Under the pieces are notes generated by a model, which was not told where the DNA came from, did no database searches, and worked only from the letters and a program-made list of their open reading frames with translations. 64,000 nucleotides of DNA, from assembly GCA_023264445.1 (NCBI GenBank), contig JAHFMN010000002.1, forward strand, positions 2,365 to 66,364, written 5' to 3'. This DNA is from Candidatus Kaiserbacteria bacterium (GTDB lineage: Bacteria > Patescibacteriota > Minisyncoccia > Phycocordibacterales > Phycocordibacteraceae). Below, in pieces: positions 39,625 through 48,104 of this stretch; the first letter of the stretch is position 1, and each line of letters begins with the position of its first letter. The position numbers and the translations under genes are program-made.

Positions 39625-40431
39625 CTAGCGAATTTCGTAGGTGATGGAGACCGAGGCGTTGTAGGTGTTCTCACCAGTCTGAATGTTCGGTGTTTCGGCT
39701 TTAGAAGCGACCATATCGCCACCCATGCCGTACGCATACATTGGATACGGGTAGCCGCCAGATGAGGCGCTGAAGTTTATAATCTTCCCGAGACGGACGC
39801 CGAGCTGGCTTGCGAGCAACTTCGCCTGTGATTTTGCCTTCGTAATTGCATCGGCACGAGCAGCATTGTACCCGGCAGTCGAATCGTCGAGCGCAAATGC
39901 CGGACCATTGAGGTTCTGTACCTCGAGTTTCCCGAGACCACCGAGCATCTCGCCGACCTTGGTAAGGTCGTGCACGGTGACCTGAATTGTCTCAGACACC
40001 TGGTAGCCAGTTACCTTCGGTGCGCGGGTATAGTCCGGACAAAGCATGCCAGGCACGCAGGGGTTCGGATAGGAATACTGTGGGGAGATGTTGTAAGAGA
40101 GCGTCTTTATATCTTTTTCGGCAATGCCCTGCTCTTTCACGAAATCAAGAGCCGCATTTGCTTGTTTGGTAGTCGATTCCTGTGCCGCAGCGACAGTCGC
40201 TGACACGTTCTCAACACTGAATGAAATGCGAGCAACATCCGGCGGCAGAGTCGCTTGTCCCTCACCCTGTACTGTAATCGTATCGGTTGCCGGGTTAGTT
40301 GAACGGCCGAAATTAGAGGTGAGCGTCAATGTTTCGGCGAGCAAGAAAAGCGAGAGAACGACGAGTGCGCCCGTGGCGGCCATGCGTATGCCCTTGTTTT
40401 CAAAAGCCTCGTGAAGGAAATTTTCGTTCAT
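39625..40431 (-). CDS. SIMPL (DUF541) domain protein
   Basis: ITVQGEG....PDVA, DIKT..YNISPQY, A..KA..LA..LGV.LG motifs. Confidence 0.92.
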   Translation of the reverse strand: MNENFLHEAFENKGIRMAATGALVVLSLFLLAETLTLTSNFGRSTNPATDTITVQGEGQATLPPDVARISFSVENVSATVAAAQESTTKQANAALDFVKEQGIAEKDIKTLSYNISPQYSYPNPCVPGMLCPDYTRAPKVTGYQVSETIQVTVHDLTKVGEMLGGLGKLEVQNLNGPAFALDDSTAGYNAARADAITKAKSQAKLLASQLGVRLGKIINFSASSGGYPYPMYAYGMGGDMVASKAETPNIQTGENTYNASVSITYEIR

Positions 40432-40523
40432 ATGAATTAATGGTTATAGATTCAGTGCAATCCTACCAATAAGATACTCATTCTACAACGAAGGCGGGTG
40501 CGGCTAAGTACCGGCCCGCACCC

Positions 40524-41168
40524 CTACTCCCCCTGCAGGCCTATAAGAAGCTTACGGAGGGCAACAGCAGCAGGGAGTGTCGCCGTATCAAGACTCGGAT
40601 TGGTCCACTCCAATACGCCCCGGTCGATCGCGTCAAACCGCAGGACGTCGTTCCCGCGTGCAAGATAATATGCCGTATCCACGACTCCTTCGAAGCGCTC
40701 AATCAAGGCCACGGTAAAGCGGTGAGTGCCAAGTACCGTGGAAGAAAATGAAGTTGCGCTTACGGGCATGCCGGAGGCCCCGCCGATAGCCGTCTGCTGG
40801 ATGGTTGCAAGGGCGGTCGAGGACGCATTGATAGCATACCGACGAATGATGATACTCGCGGGTTCCGTCGAGGAAGATGTTCGCATCTCGTATGCGGCGA
40901 CACCCGATGCATCCGGAAGTTCCGCAGTAGTAAATCCTGCCGGTATCGCAAAGGCAATAGCGGCGTCTTTGAGCGAAATATTTGGCAACGAGCATTCTGG
41001 GAATGCGCAGGAGGAACCGGTACGCACGACTGAAGTACCATCGGGGCAGATACGCGCATCAACCGGGCAGGCGACTGGCTGATTCGGATGCTCCAGTGCA
41101 TTGCGGTACACCAATCCGCCGAAGCCGATAATGATAATGAGTAAAATACCAAGCAGTAAACTTTTCAT
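40524..41168 (-). CDS. Membrane-anchored hypothetical protein with a Cys motif
   Basis: N-terminal TM then ACPVDARICPDGTSV.R.GSSC.F.EC. Confidence 0.75.
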   Translation of the reverse strand: MKSLLLGILLIIIIGFGGLVYRNALEHPNQPVACPVDARICPDGTSVVRTGSSCAFPECSLPNISLKDAAIAFAIPAGFTTAELPDASGVAAYEMRTSSSTEPASIIIRRYAINASSTALATIQQTAIGGASGMPVSATSFSSTVLGTHRFTVALIERFEGVVDTAYYLARGNDVLRFDAIDRGVLEWTNPSLDTATLPAAVALRKLLIGLQGE

Positions 41169-41198
41169 ACGCGCATACTATCACGAGTGAAAGAATCG

Positions 41199-41312
41199 GG
41201 GCGGCTATCGGGAATCGGCTACAACTCTCACCTCGCCGTCGCTTCGGTTCGGTCGCAGCCCCGCCTCACCATCTCGCCTGCTGGCTCGATATGGCTGTGG
41301 CATTCGATTCCC
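41199..41312 (-). repeat. Target-flanked structured element downstream of tRNA-His
   Basis: 19-bp direct copy of the tRNA 3' end (41199-41217 = 41359-41377) and an inverted TTCGATTCCC at 41303. Confidence 0.75.
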
Positions 41313-41359
41313 TGCCCGTGCATGCACGGGCTAGCTGCCAAAACGAGCTTGTGAGTTTG

Positions 41360-41432
41360 GGCGGCTATCGGGAATCGAACCCGAATTGAGAGCTCCACAA
41401 GCTCCAGTGTTAACCGTTACACCATAGCCGCC
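41360..41432 (-). tRNA. tRNA-His(GTG)
   Basis: Cloverleaf with G-1/C73, loop TT-GTG-GA, T-loop TTCGATT. Confidence 0.95.
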
Positions 41433-41472
41433 ATGCACAAGATTTTTATAACACAAATTCGTAAAATACGCC

Positions 41473-42006
41473 CTAATAGCGAGGGTTTTCTTCTTTGACG
41501 CCCGCAAGATGATTGACGAGGCGCGCAAGCGCAAAGAGGAGCGAAGAAAGGCGATTCATATATGCCTTGGTTGCGTCCGAGAGGAGGCGCACCTCCGCCT
41601 CGACGACAGCGACGAGGCGCCGCTCGGCTCTGCGCGAAAGCGTCCGCGCGACATCAAGGAGCGCGGAGAGTTCTGTCCCACCGGCGATGGAGAATCCTTT
41701 GATTGGAGGAATTTCTTTTTCAATACCATTGACGATATTCTCGATTTTTTTCACGACTTCATCACTTACCTTCTTATCGGCGCCAGCAACTTCCGCTTGA
41801 ATGATGAAAAGCGTTTCCTGTACATCCCGTACGATTTCAGCGACAAGCGGTTCCGCCAAACTGCGCATCTTCACAAAGCCGAGAAAGGCATTCAGTTCGT
41901 CCAGAGCGCCAAGTGCTTCCGGCAATTCAGAAGACTTTGATATCCGCTGTTGATCGCACCCGAAGACTTTTGTCGTCCCCCCATCCCCTTTACCTGTATA
42001 GAGCAT
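41473..42006 (-). CDS. PduO-type cob(I)alamin adenosyltransferase
   Basis: YTGKGDGGTT, G.LDELN, ART..RRAER, NRLSSLLF motifs. Confidence 0.9.
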   Translation of the reverse strand: MLYTGKGDGGTTKVFGCDQQRISKSSELPEALGALDELNAFLGFVKMRSLAEPLVAEIVRDVQETLFIIQAEVAGADKKVSDEVVKKIENIVNGIEKEIPPIKGFSIAGGTELSALLDVARTLSRRAERRLVAVVEAEVRLLSDATKAYMNRLSSLLFALARLVNHLAGVKEENPRY

Positions 42007-42040
42007 AGAAAGCATTATACACAGGCGTTCGGAGGGGGTA

Positions 42041-42075
42041 TTGACTTTTTATATCCACTATGATATAGTGGATAT
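42041..42075 (+). promoter_or_regulatory. Promoter with an overlapping perfect palindrome (possible operator)
   Basis: TTGACT-17 nt-TATAGT, with ATATCCACTA-TGATA-TAGTGGATAT over the -10 box. Confidence 0.6.
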
Positions 42076-42095
42076 GGCTAAAACTAGGAGGGGCC

Positions 42096-42287
42096 ATGAC
42101 AGACGATTTACGTCATTTCCACCTGAGTTGGTCGGAACGGCTACTGAAGTGGCTGTCCGAATGCGGTGATTGGGCTGGTCGTTGGGCGGATAGCCCGTCA
42201 ATAGCAGGGCTTACTCGCGGGCAAGTCTTGCTTATTGCAATCCTTGCCGTAGCGATCACCGTCGATATCGGGGAACGGTTGACTTAG
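42096..42287 (+). CDS. Small single-TM hypothetical protein
   Basis: AGGAGG SD, own promoter, terminator AAACCCGGAGCGC-AT-GCGCTCCGGGTTT downstream. Confidence 0.6.
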   Translation: MTDDLRHFHLSWSERLLKWLSECGDWAGRWADSPSIAGLTRGQVLLIAILAVAITVDIGERLT

Positions 42288-42342
42288 GACCGATTCCTCG
42301 GACACCCCCTAAACCCGGAGCGCATGCGCTCCGGGTTTCTTG

Positions 42343-42460
42343 TTTTGTGCGAAGGAGCTCGGTCAGGAATAATTTGCTCGCCGTCGCTCGCAAATTTTCA
42401 CGACCCTGCCTCGCGGTTTCGCCTGCTGACGAAACATCGCTCCGGCATTCGAGTCCTCTC
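42343..42460 (-). repeat. Target-flanked structured element downstream of tRNA-Leu(GAG)
   Basis: Direct copy TTTTGTGCGAAGGAG (vs TTTTGTGCGCAGGAG at 42526), inverted TTCGAGTCCTCTC at 42448; scaffold shared with the His element. Confidence 0.75.
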
Positions 42461-42530
42461 ACACAAAGCGCGCAGGCGCTTTGCTCTGCGTACAAAATGA
42501 AAAAGCGCCTTTCGGCGTTTTTTCATTTTG

Positions 42531-42614
42531 TGCGCAGGAGAGGACTCGAACCTCCAATCCCTTGCGGGAGCTACCACCTCAAGGTAGTGCGTCTACCAAT
42601 TTCGCCACCTGCGC
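42531..42614 (-). tRNA. tRNA-Leu(GAG)
   Basis: Cloverleaf with long variable arm, loop TT-GAG-GT. Confidence 0.95.
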
Positions 42615-42625
42615 AGGTGAGAACA

Positions 42626-43123
42626 CTATACTACCACTTCTTCTTTCTTTTCCTCGACAACTGGCGCGACTTCTTCAGCTATAGCTTCTGGAGCTATTTC
42701 CTCCGTCGCAATCGTCTCATCGCTCTTTATATTCAGCATGCGCGCGTTGCGGAGCTGACGGCGGACTGCCTTCGCCGCCTTCTCGCGAATGAAGTAGAGC
42801 TTCGCGCGGCGGACTTTAGAGCGCTTCACGATTTCGATGGAATCGATAACTGGAGAGTAGAGCGGGAAGGTCTTTTCAACGCCGACGCCAGAAAGCGTTG
42901 CGCGAACAGTGAACATCCCCCCTGCTTCCCTCCCATGCTTAGTGGAAAGGACGAGGCCCTCAAATACCTGCTTACGGGCATTCTTCACGGTCTTCTCTTT
43001 CTTGTCGGTGCCGCGACCCTTCTTGAGCTCGATGATGTTTTGAGTGACGCGCACCGTATCGCCCGCGCGAATACCAAGCTTCGCGCGCCCTTCGACATTG
43101 ACCGGTGTGATGACTTTCTGCAT
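42626..43123 (-). CDS. rplS: 50S ribosomal protein L19
   Basis: GDTVRV, Q.FEG, GVGVEKTFPLYSP, VRRAKLYFIR motifs. Confidence 0.97.
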   Translation of the reverse strand: MQKVITPVNVEGRAKLGIRAGDTVRVTQNIIELKKGRGTDKKEKTVKNARKQVFEGLVLSTKHGREAGGMFTVRATLSGVGVEKTFPLYSPVIDSIEIVKRSKVRRAKLYFIREKAAKAVRRQLRNARMLNIKSDETIATEEIAPEAIAEEVAPVVEEKKEEVVV

Positions 43124-43138
43124 GTGCCGCGCACTCTA

Positions 43139-43876
43139 TCACGCGTTTGGCGGAGGAGCAAATTTCGCTGCATCAGGAAAATGGGCAAACGCCGGAGCGA
43201 GATCATCGGGAATCGGTGCAATGATATGCGCGCGTTTCCCTGATGGAAGCGGGAGATCAAGCTCATAAGCATGCAAGCCGAGGCGAGTGACGCCGAGAGC
43301 CGGTTCGCGTTTTGGCGCATAGAGCGCGTCTCCCACGATAGGGTGATGAATTGCCTTGAGATGAACGCGAATCTGATGCGTCCTGCCGGTTTCCGGGCTC
43401 ATCTTCATGAGCGCATAGTCACCCGACTCGCCCACCACTTCATAGTGGGTGAGCGCTTCCCGCAAACGGCCTTTCGCTTTCGGCTGGGCGCTTCTCAAGC
43501 GGAAATCGCTTCGCGAGCGGCCGATGGAGAAATCGATGACGCCTTTTTTCTGCTTCGGCACGCCATAGACAAATGCCAGATAGGATTTCTTCACCTCCCT
43601 ATCGTGAAATGCTTTGCGTAAAAATTCATATGCCGCGGTATTTTTTGCGAATACCAATACCCCGGATGTATCTCTATCGAGCCGGTGCACGTACCCGGCG
43701 CCCTCGGGATATGTTTCTGTAAACCAATCCTCGGCGGTCGCTTCCTGCGTGCGGCCGTCAGAGTGCGTGATGAGTCCTGCGGGCTTCGCGACCGCAACGA
43801 CATCCGCATCCTCATATAAAATAGGAAGTCTTGCCCCGTTTGAACGCGAGTCTTCGAGCTTTCTAATGGGGTCCAT
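43139..43876 (-). CDS. RluA-family pseudouridine synthase
   Basis: KPAGL, HRLDRDTSG, TGRTHQIRVH, GDALY motifs. Confidence 0.95.
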   Translation of the reverse strand: MDPIRKLEDSRSNGARLPILYEDADVVAVAKPAGLITHSDGRTQEATAEDWFTETYPEGAGYVHRLDRDTSGVLVFAKNTAAYEFLRKAFHDREVKKSYLAFVYGVPKQKKGVIDFSIGRSRSDFRLRSAQPKAKGRLREALTHYEVVGESGDYALMKMSPETGRTHQIRVHLKAIHHPIVGDALYAPKREPALGVTRLGLHAYELDLPLPSGKRAHIIAPIPDDLAPAFAHFPDAAKFAPPPNA

Positions 43877-43898
43877 CACTTCACCGTAGCACGTCCAC

Positions 43899-44591
43899 TT
43901 ACTTCCCGCGGCGCCGCTCGCGAGATGCGAATTCCGAGAGGATGTCGTCAAGATGCTTCTCCGTAAATGCCGGCCACTTCGTGTCGGTAAAGAAAAATTC
44001 GCTGTACGCGGCCTGCCAGAGGAGGAAATTGGAAAGACGCTCTTCTCCGCTTGTACGAATGATGACGTCAGGATCCGGCATCTCGGCACTCCAGAAATGA
44101 GCATGCAAGGATTCTTCGGTGATGGGTTCGCCTGTCGCCGCAGCGGTTGCTGCTGCAGCGGTGATTTCCGCACGACTGCCGTAGGATAAACACACCCATA
44201 ATGTGTATTCATGCGCGGCACTCTCTCGCTCTAGACGTTCTATGAGTTCAAGCACGTCCGGTGCGAAACGGTCGCGAGTACCGATGAAGCGTATGCGAAT
44301 ATTCTCCTTCGCGAGTTCCTGCAGCCCTTTCTGCGCCGCCTCGCGCAACAAGTTCATGAGATACGACACTTCTTCGACTTCCCTGTTCCAATTCTCGGTT
44401 GAGAACGCATAGACGACGAGATGTCGTATGCCGCGATCGCGCACCCAGCGCGCGCAATCCAGAAGACGTTCATATCCACGGCGATGGCCTTCTAGTTTTG
44501 GCATTCCCTGTTCCTTCGCCCAGCGGCGGTTGCCATCCATGATGATGCCGATGCAAGATGGTGCATCGGCTCCTATGGCGCGTTCATTCAT
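43899..44591 (-). CDS. uppS: Undecaprenyl diphosphate synthase
   Basis: IMDGNRRWA, AFSTENW, RTSGEERLSNFLLWQ motifs. Confidence 0.97.
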   Translation of the reverse strand: MNERAIGADAPSCIGIIMDGNRRWAKEQGMPKLEGHRRGYERLLDCARWVRDRGIRHLVVYAFSTENWNREVEEVSYLMNLLREAAQKGLQELAKENIRIRFIGTRDRFAPDVLELIERLERESAAHEYTLWVCLSYGSRAEITAAAATAAATGEPITEESLHAHFWSAEMPDPDVIIRTSGEERLSNFLLWQAAYSEFFFTDTKWPAFTEKHLDDILSEFASRERRRGK

Positions 44592-44630
44592 ATACGTATC
44601 AACCTGTATAACATGAATTTTAGTTTCAAG

Positions 44631-44703
44631 TGCACCCTGAGGGGCTCGAACCCCCGACCTTCGCAGTGTAAATGCGCTGCTCTACCAACTGAGCTAAGGG
44701 TGC
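44631..44703 (-). tRNA. tRNA-Val(TAC)
   Basis: Cloverleaf, loop TT-TAC-AC. Confidence 0.95.
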
Positions 44704-44724
44704 ATCATTCCATTATCGCACTTG

Positions 44725-44806
44725 TGGGCATGGGGAGACTCGAACTCCCAAGTCTTGCGACATACGCTTCTGAGACGTACGCGTATACCAATTCCGCCAC
44801 ATGCCC
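44725..44806 (-). tRNA. tRNA-Leu(CAG)
   Basis: Cloverleaf with variable arm, loop CT-CAG-AA. Confidence 0.95.
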
Positions 44807-44901
44807 TTCGCTAAGACCATACTATATGAAGGGGTGCCAAACACAAACAGCATTGTATTTCAGGTATATTCTGTTAGCGTGGCCCGAGAAAGGAGGTTCA
44901 C

Positions 44902-45099
44902 ATGTTCCCGAAAGCGACAGATATCATAGCGGCGAGCGTGTTCGCGCTGATAGCATCATGCATCTTCGGCTTCGTCATCGCGGCCATCATTCAGCCATGG
45001 GTTGGCTTGAAGACCGGTTGGATCGTTTCATTTCTCGTGCTTCTCTGTATATCTGAATTGCCAATCATCGGCATATGGGTACGGGATCGGTTTTTCTAG
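44902..45099 (+). CDS. Small two-TM hypothetical protein
   Basis: AAGGAGG SD; hairpin AGCGGCGCATACTT...AAGTATGCGCCGCT after the stop. Confidence 0.65.
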   Translation: MFPKATDIIAASVFALIASCIFGFVIAAIIQPWVGLKTGWIVSFLVLLCISELPIIGIWVRDRFF

Positions 45100-45135
45100 C
45101 GGCGCATACTTCTGCAAGTATGCGCCGCTTCACTA

Positions 45136-45836
45136 TAGTGCACCGTATCGAGGCACATCTCGAACTTTTCCTAAGAGAGCCAAGAGGTGCGTCCATAAAC
45201 AAGTGGGGAGAGCTTGCTCTGAGTGCATGAGCTATCGCGGCCTGGCGAAGAAGATCATGCGTGGTCTGGATGAGAACCATGATGAAAATACCCAGCTTGA
45301 CTGAATAATTATGGGTTGTAAGGTGCAGAGAGAAGTTCCCCACGCCACAACCTAAGGGTGAATCACATGGACAAAGAAGATAAAGAGTTGGTACTGGAGT
45401 TCTGTCGTGAAATGAAGGAGTTGATGGCAACAAAAACGGATCTCGGAGCACTGGCGAAGAAAGAGGACATAAGAAGCCTGGGCGCCACTCTGGATCGCAT
45501 GATGTTGGAGAGGCATATAACAATAAGACGTATGCCTCCCGAAAATCCACCTACCGCGTGGCCGTCGAATCCATGGAGAAATGACGTGTTTCGCGCAGTA
45601 CGAGCTGGTTCAGTATCAGGCCCGCGCTACCGCTAATGAGAAAGTTGAAAATGAGCCTGAAGGCCACGAATGTGGCCTTTGCTTTTCGCAAGAGTTCGAT
45701 TCCTGTGCGGGTTGAGCTCATCCGTGTCTCGTCTGGCAGGATGTCACGTCATTTGGAGAAAAGGAAAACGGCTCGTAGGTAAGCCGTTTTCCTTTGGATG
45801 TGGGGGAAATGTGCCTGTGTGGCACGTTTCCACTCC
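45136..45836. mobile_element. Mini gene cassette 1 of the tRNA-Arg(TCT) tandem array
   Basis: Both flanks are repeated in the next unit (offset 701 bp); unique ORF in the middle. Confidence 0.7.
45367..45636 (+). CDS. Cassette cargo, hypothetical protein
   Basis: MDKEDKELVLEF...LMATKTDL..LAKKEDI (coiled-coil-like); followed by the shared AGGCCACGAA.GTGGCCT terminator. Confidence 0.6.
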   Translation: MDKEDKELVLEFCREMKELMATKTDLGALAKKEDIRSLGATLDRMMLERHITIRRMPPENPPTAWPSNPWRNDVFRAVRAGSVSGPRYR

Positions 45837-46576
45837 TGGTGCACCGTATCGAGGCACAACTCGAACTTTTCCTAAGAGAGCTAAGAGGTGCGTCCATAAA
45901 CAAGTGAGGAGAGCGTGCCCTCGTTGCGCGAATTACCGCGGCTTGGCGAAAGAGATCATACATGGCCTCGGCGACTTGACTGAAGAGGCAGGAGTTGTAG
46001 AGTAGTGAAAGAACCCCTTTCTTTCCTTGTCAGCAAGAAGTCCGCATATCCGATGTGAATTTCTACTGATGAAGGAGACAGGCATGGGTGCAACGGAAGT
46101 AAAAAACGAGTCATCGACTGTACCGCGATATGTCGTGGAGAATCCCCGAGTGCGGTTTGGAACTCTTCAAGAACCCGTCTTGTTCAAACTTTGCAATCCA
46201 AGCCGCAACGAGAATGGGAGGATTTATCTGAAGTTCTGGAGGGGGCGTTGGCCGATGGGTGTATGTTTGGGAGAGGATGGTAACCCTGTCCAATCTTGTT
46301 CATCGAATGACGGGACTCTCATAGCGCCAACACCCCTCACCTGGGTAGTTGTCGTTAAGAAGCACACCGTGGAATAACTGGGGCACGCTGTGAATCTGAG
46401 GCCACGAACGTGGCCTCTTTTCTATTCAAAAAGTTCGATTCCTGTGTGGGTTGAGCTCATCCATGTCTCGCCTGGCACGATTTCGTACCACTGGAGAAAG
46501 GAAAAGTGGCTTACAGGTAAGGCGCTTTTCCTCTTGATGACGTGAGAATGTGCCTACCTGGCACATTCTCTAATCC
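45837..46576. mobile_element. Mini gene cassette 2 of the tRNA-Arg(TCT) tandem array
   Basis: 740-bp unit abutting the tRNA CCA end; same flanks as cassette 1. Confidence 0.7.
46084..46377 (+). CDS. Cassette cargo, hypothetical protein
   Basis: AAGGAG SD before ATG 46084; shared terminator at ~46398-46417. Confidence 0.6.
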   Translation: MGATEVKNESSTVPRYVVENPRVRFGTLQEPVLFKLCNPSRNENGRIYLKFWRGRWPMGVCLGEDGNPVQSCSSNDGTLIAPTPLTWVVVVKKHTVE

Positions 46577-46651
46577 TGGTGCCCCGAGCTGGAATCGAAC
46601 CAACATCAACGGCTTAGAAGTCCGCTGCACTATCCATTGTGCTATCGGGGC
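46577..46651 (-). tRNA. tRNA-Arg(TCT)
   Basis: Cloverleaf, loop CT-TCT-AA, encoded CCA. Confidence 0.96.
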
Positions 46652-46685
46652 GATGTCACTCCCTCTACCCTAACTCATTGCGAGG

Positions 46686-46994
46686 TCATTGCGAAGGGTC
46701 GGTGAAGCGATACACGCCCGTCTCGTATTTTGCTTCTTCGGTTGCATGATTAAGGAAAACAGTACGGATTTCTTCGAGGGAGGAGTCAGTGAGGGACGCT
46801 CCTGTTCTGGCTGACGGCGTACCGATAATCCCTCCACCCGCAACCGTGTCAAATGCCCATATATTCCACACAATGATGCCAGCAAGCGCTATGGCCCCGA
46901 GCGTCAGTAGGATGAGCCAGTCGCGCACCGGATCAAGCTCCGTATCAATATGTACACGCTTCAGGAAAGAATTGAGGAAATTAGAGGTGGGCAT
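46686..46994 (-). CDS. Single-TM hypothetical protein in the pil operon
   Basis: Overlapping last gene of the pilM-N-O-like run. Confidence 0.7.
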   Translation of the reverse strand: MPTSNFLNSFLKRVHIDTELDPVRDWLILLTLGAIALAGIIVWNIWAFDTVAGGGIIGTPSARTGASLTDSSLEEIRTVFLNHATEEAKYETGVYRFTDPSQ

Positions 46995-47553
46995 GGTGAA
47001 GAAGTGAAAGGATGATGGTGCTTGACTCTCTCGCCGACGAACGCGCAGCCGGAACGGAACCGACGAGCAGCTTTATGTCAGCATGCCAGCTTCGTTTATC
47101 GCCCTGTGAGAGTGAGAGCGCCGACACTGAAAGGTCGTAAGGAGCATATTCGATTGAACCGACGGTGCGCATGACCGCATCGAATGTCCCTTCGATAGTG
47201 AACGCAAAGGCGATCGTGGGTTGCGCCGGCGTGCCAGCTGTGGCGACTGACGAGACACTTACCGCAGCTCCATGTACTTTTCCTTTCTTTTCAAGCACAT
47301 CGATGAAAGCGACCACTCCGCTCTCCGGAACGAAGAAATTCTGTACGGTCGCCTCATCGCCTGCGATGCCAGCAAGCGTTGCGCGTGCCGCAGTGATGCG
47401 GTGTGCGGTTTCGGTCTTCGCATCGATTTGGTTCTGGAGGTCTGCTACCACTGCACTTTTGGCGGTAATGGCTCCATACCATATCCCATAGCCGACCAGT
47501 ACGACTATGCAGACGATGAGCGCGCTGACCAGATGCCAAAAAGTAGATTTCAT
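46981..47553 (-). CDS. PilO-like protein
   Basis: TM + coiled coil + ferredoxin-like tail (G.F.AV.R.V..IE..PY). Confidence 0.7.
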   Translation of the reverse strand: MKSTFWHLVSALIVCIVVLVGYGIWYGAITAKSAVVADLQNQIDAKTETAHRITAARATLAGIAGDEATVQNFFVPESGVVAFIDVLEKKGKVHGAAVSVSSVATAGTPAQPTIAFAFTIEGTFDAVMRTVGSIEYAPYDLSVSALSLSQGDKRSWHADIKLLVGSVPAARSSARESSTIILSLLHHAHL

Positions 47554-48104
47554 GATGCAAGGGTCACGATGATGGTAAAGGAGATGTTGGTGTCTTTCGC
47601 GTACGTAGAGACCGGTAGATCAGCCGATGCGGCGAATGGCGCGCTTGAGAGTGCAATCTGATAGCCGCGCAGCACATCGCGCGTCGCAGCATTGCCGGAG
47701 ATTTTGAGTGTCGCTGGGACCTTCGGCGCAGCCGGCGTATAGGTGAACCCCGAGAGAGTCACGCCCGTGTGGGCGACGGCGAGTGCATTGCGAATAGTCG
47801 CGCTTGCAGAAGGAGTCTTGCCAAGTGCAATCAGGAGCGCCGCATCCCCCGAAAGCGCGGCGAGGCGAGCGGAGAGTGCTTTTTCTTCTGCCGAAGAAAA
47901 AGCGGATTCTATGTGTGCAAGATGTTTTTCCTTTGTGTCCATACTCTTCGCGAGGAACATATAGGTCGGAATCGACAAGAGAATCGCTGCAAACACAAGC
48001 ACGGTCAAAAGTATCGCCGTAATCACCCCGAGACGCATGAGGTAATCGCGCGAAAGCGCGCGTTGTCGTTCCGGAGGAAGCAGATTGGTACGTTCGTTAT
48101 GCAT
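47550..48104 (-). CDS. PilN-like protein
   Basis: TNLLP motif, TM, ISGNA.TR domain. Confidence 0.75.
   Translation of the reverse strand: MHNERTNLLPPERQRALSRDYLMRLGVITAILLTVLVFAAILLSIPTYMFLAKSMDTKEKHLAHIESAFSSAEEKALSARLAALSGDAALLIALGKTPSASATIRNALAVAHTGVTLSGFTYTPAAPKVPATLKISGNAATRDVLRGYQIALSSAPFAASADLPVSTYAKDTNISFTIIVTLAS

Noticed and set aside
45670-46005. 111-aa ORF spanning the cassette junction as a real gene
   Set aside because: Its 5' half crosses a terminator and the hairpin spacer and is not conserved as coding in the other unit; only the tail after the att-like site shows coding-type conservation.
45136-46576. CRISPR array or classical integron interpretation of the repeats
   Set aside because: Units are ~700 bp with only two copies; no cas or intI gene; no GTTRRRY-type attC ends recognised.
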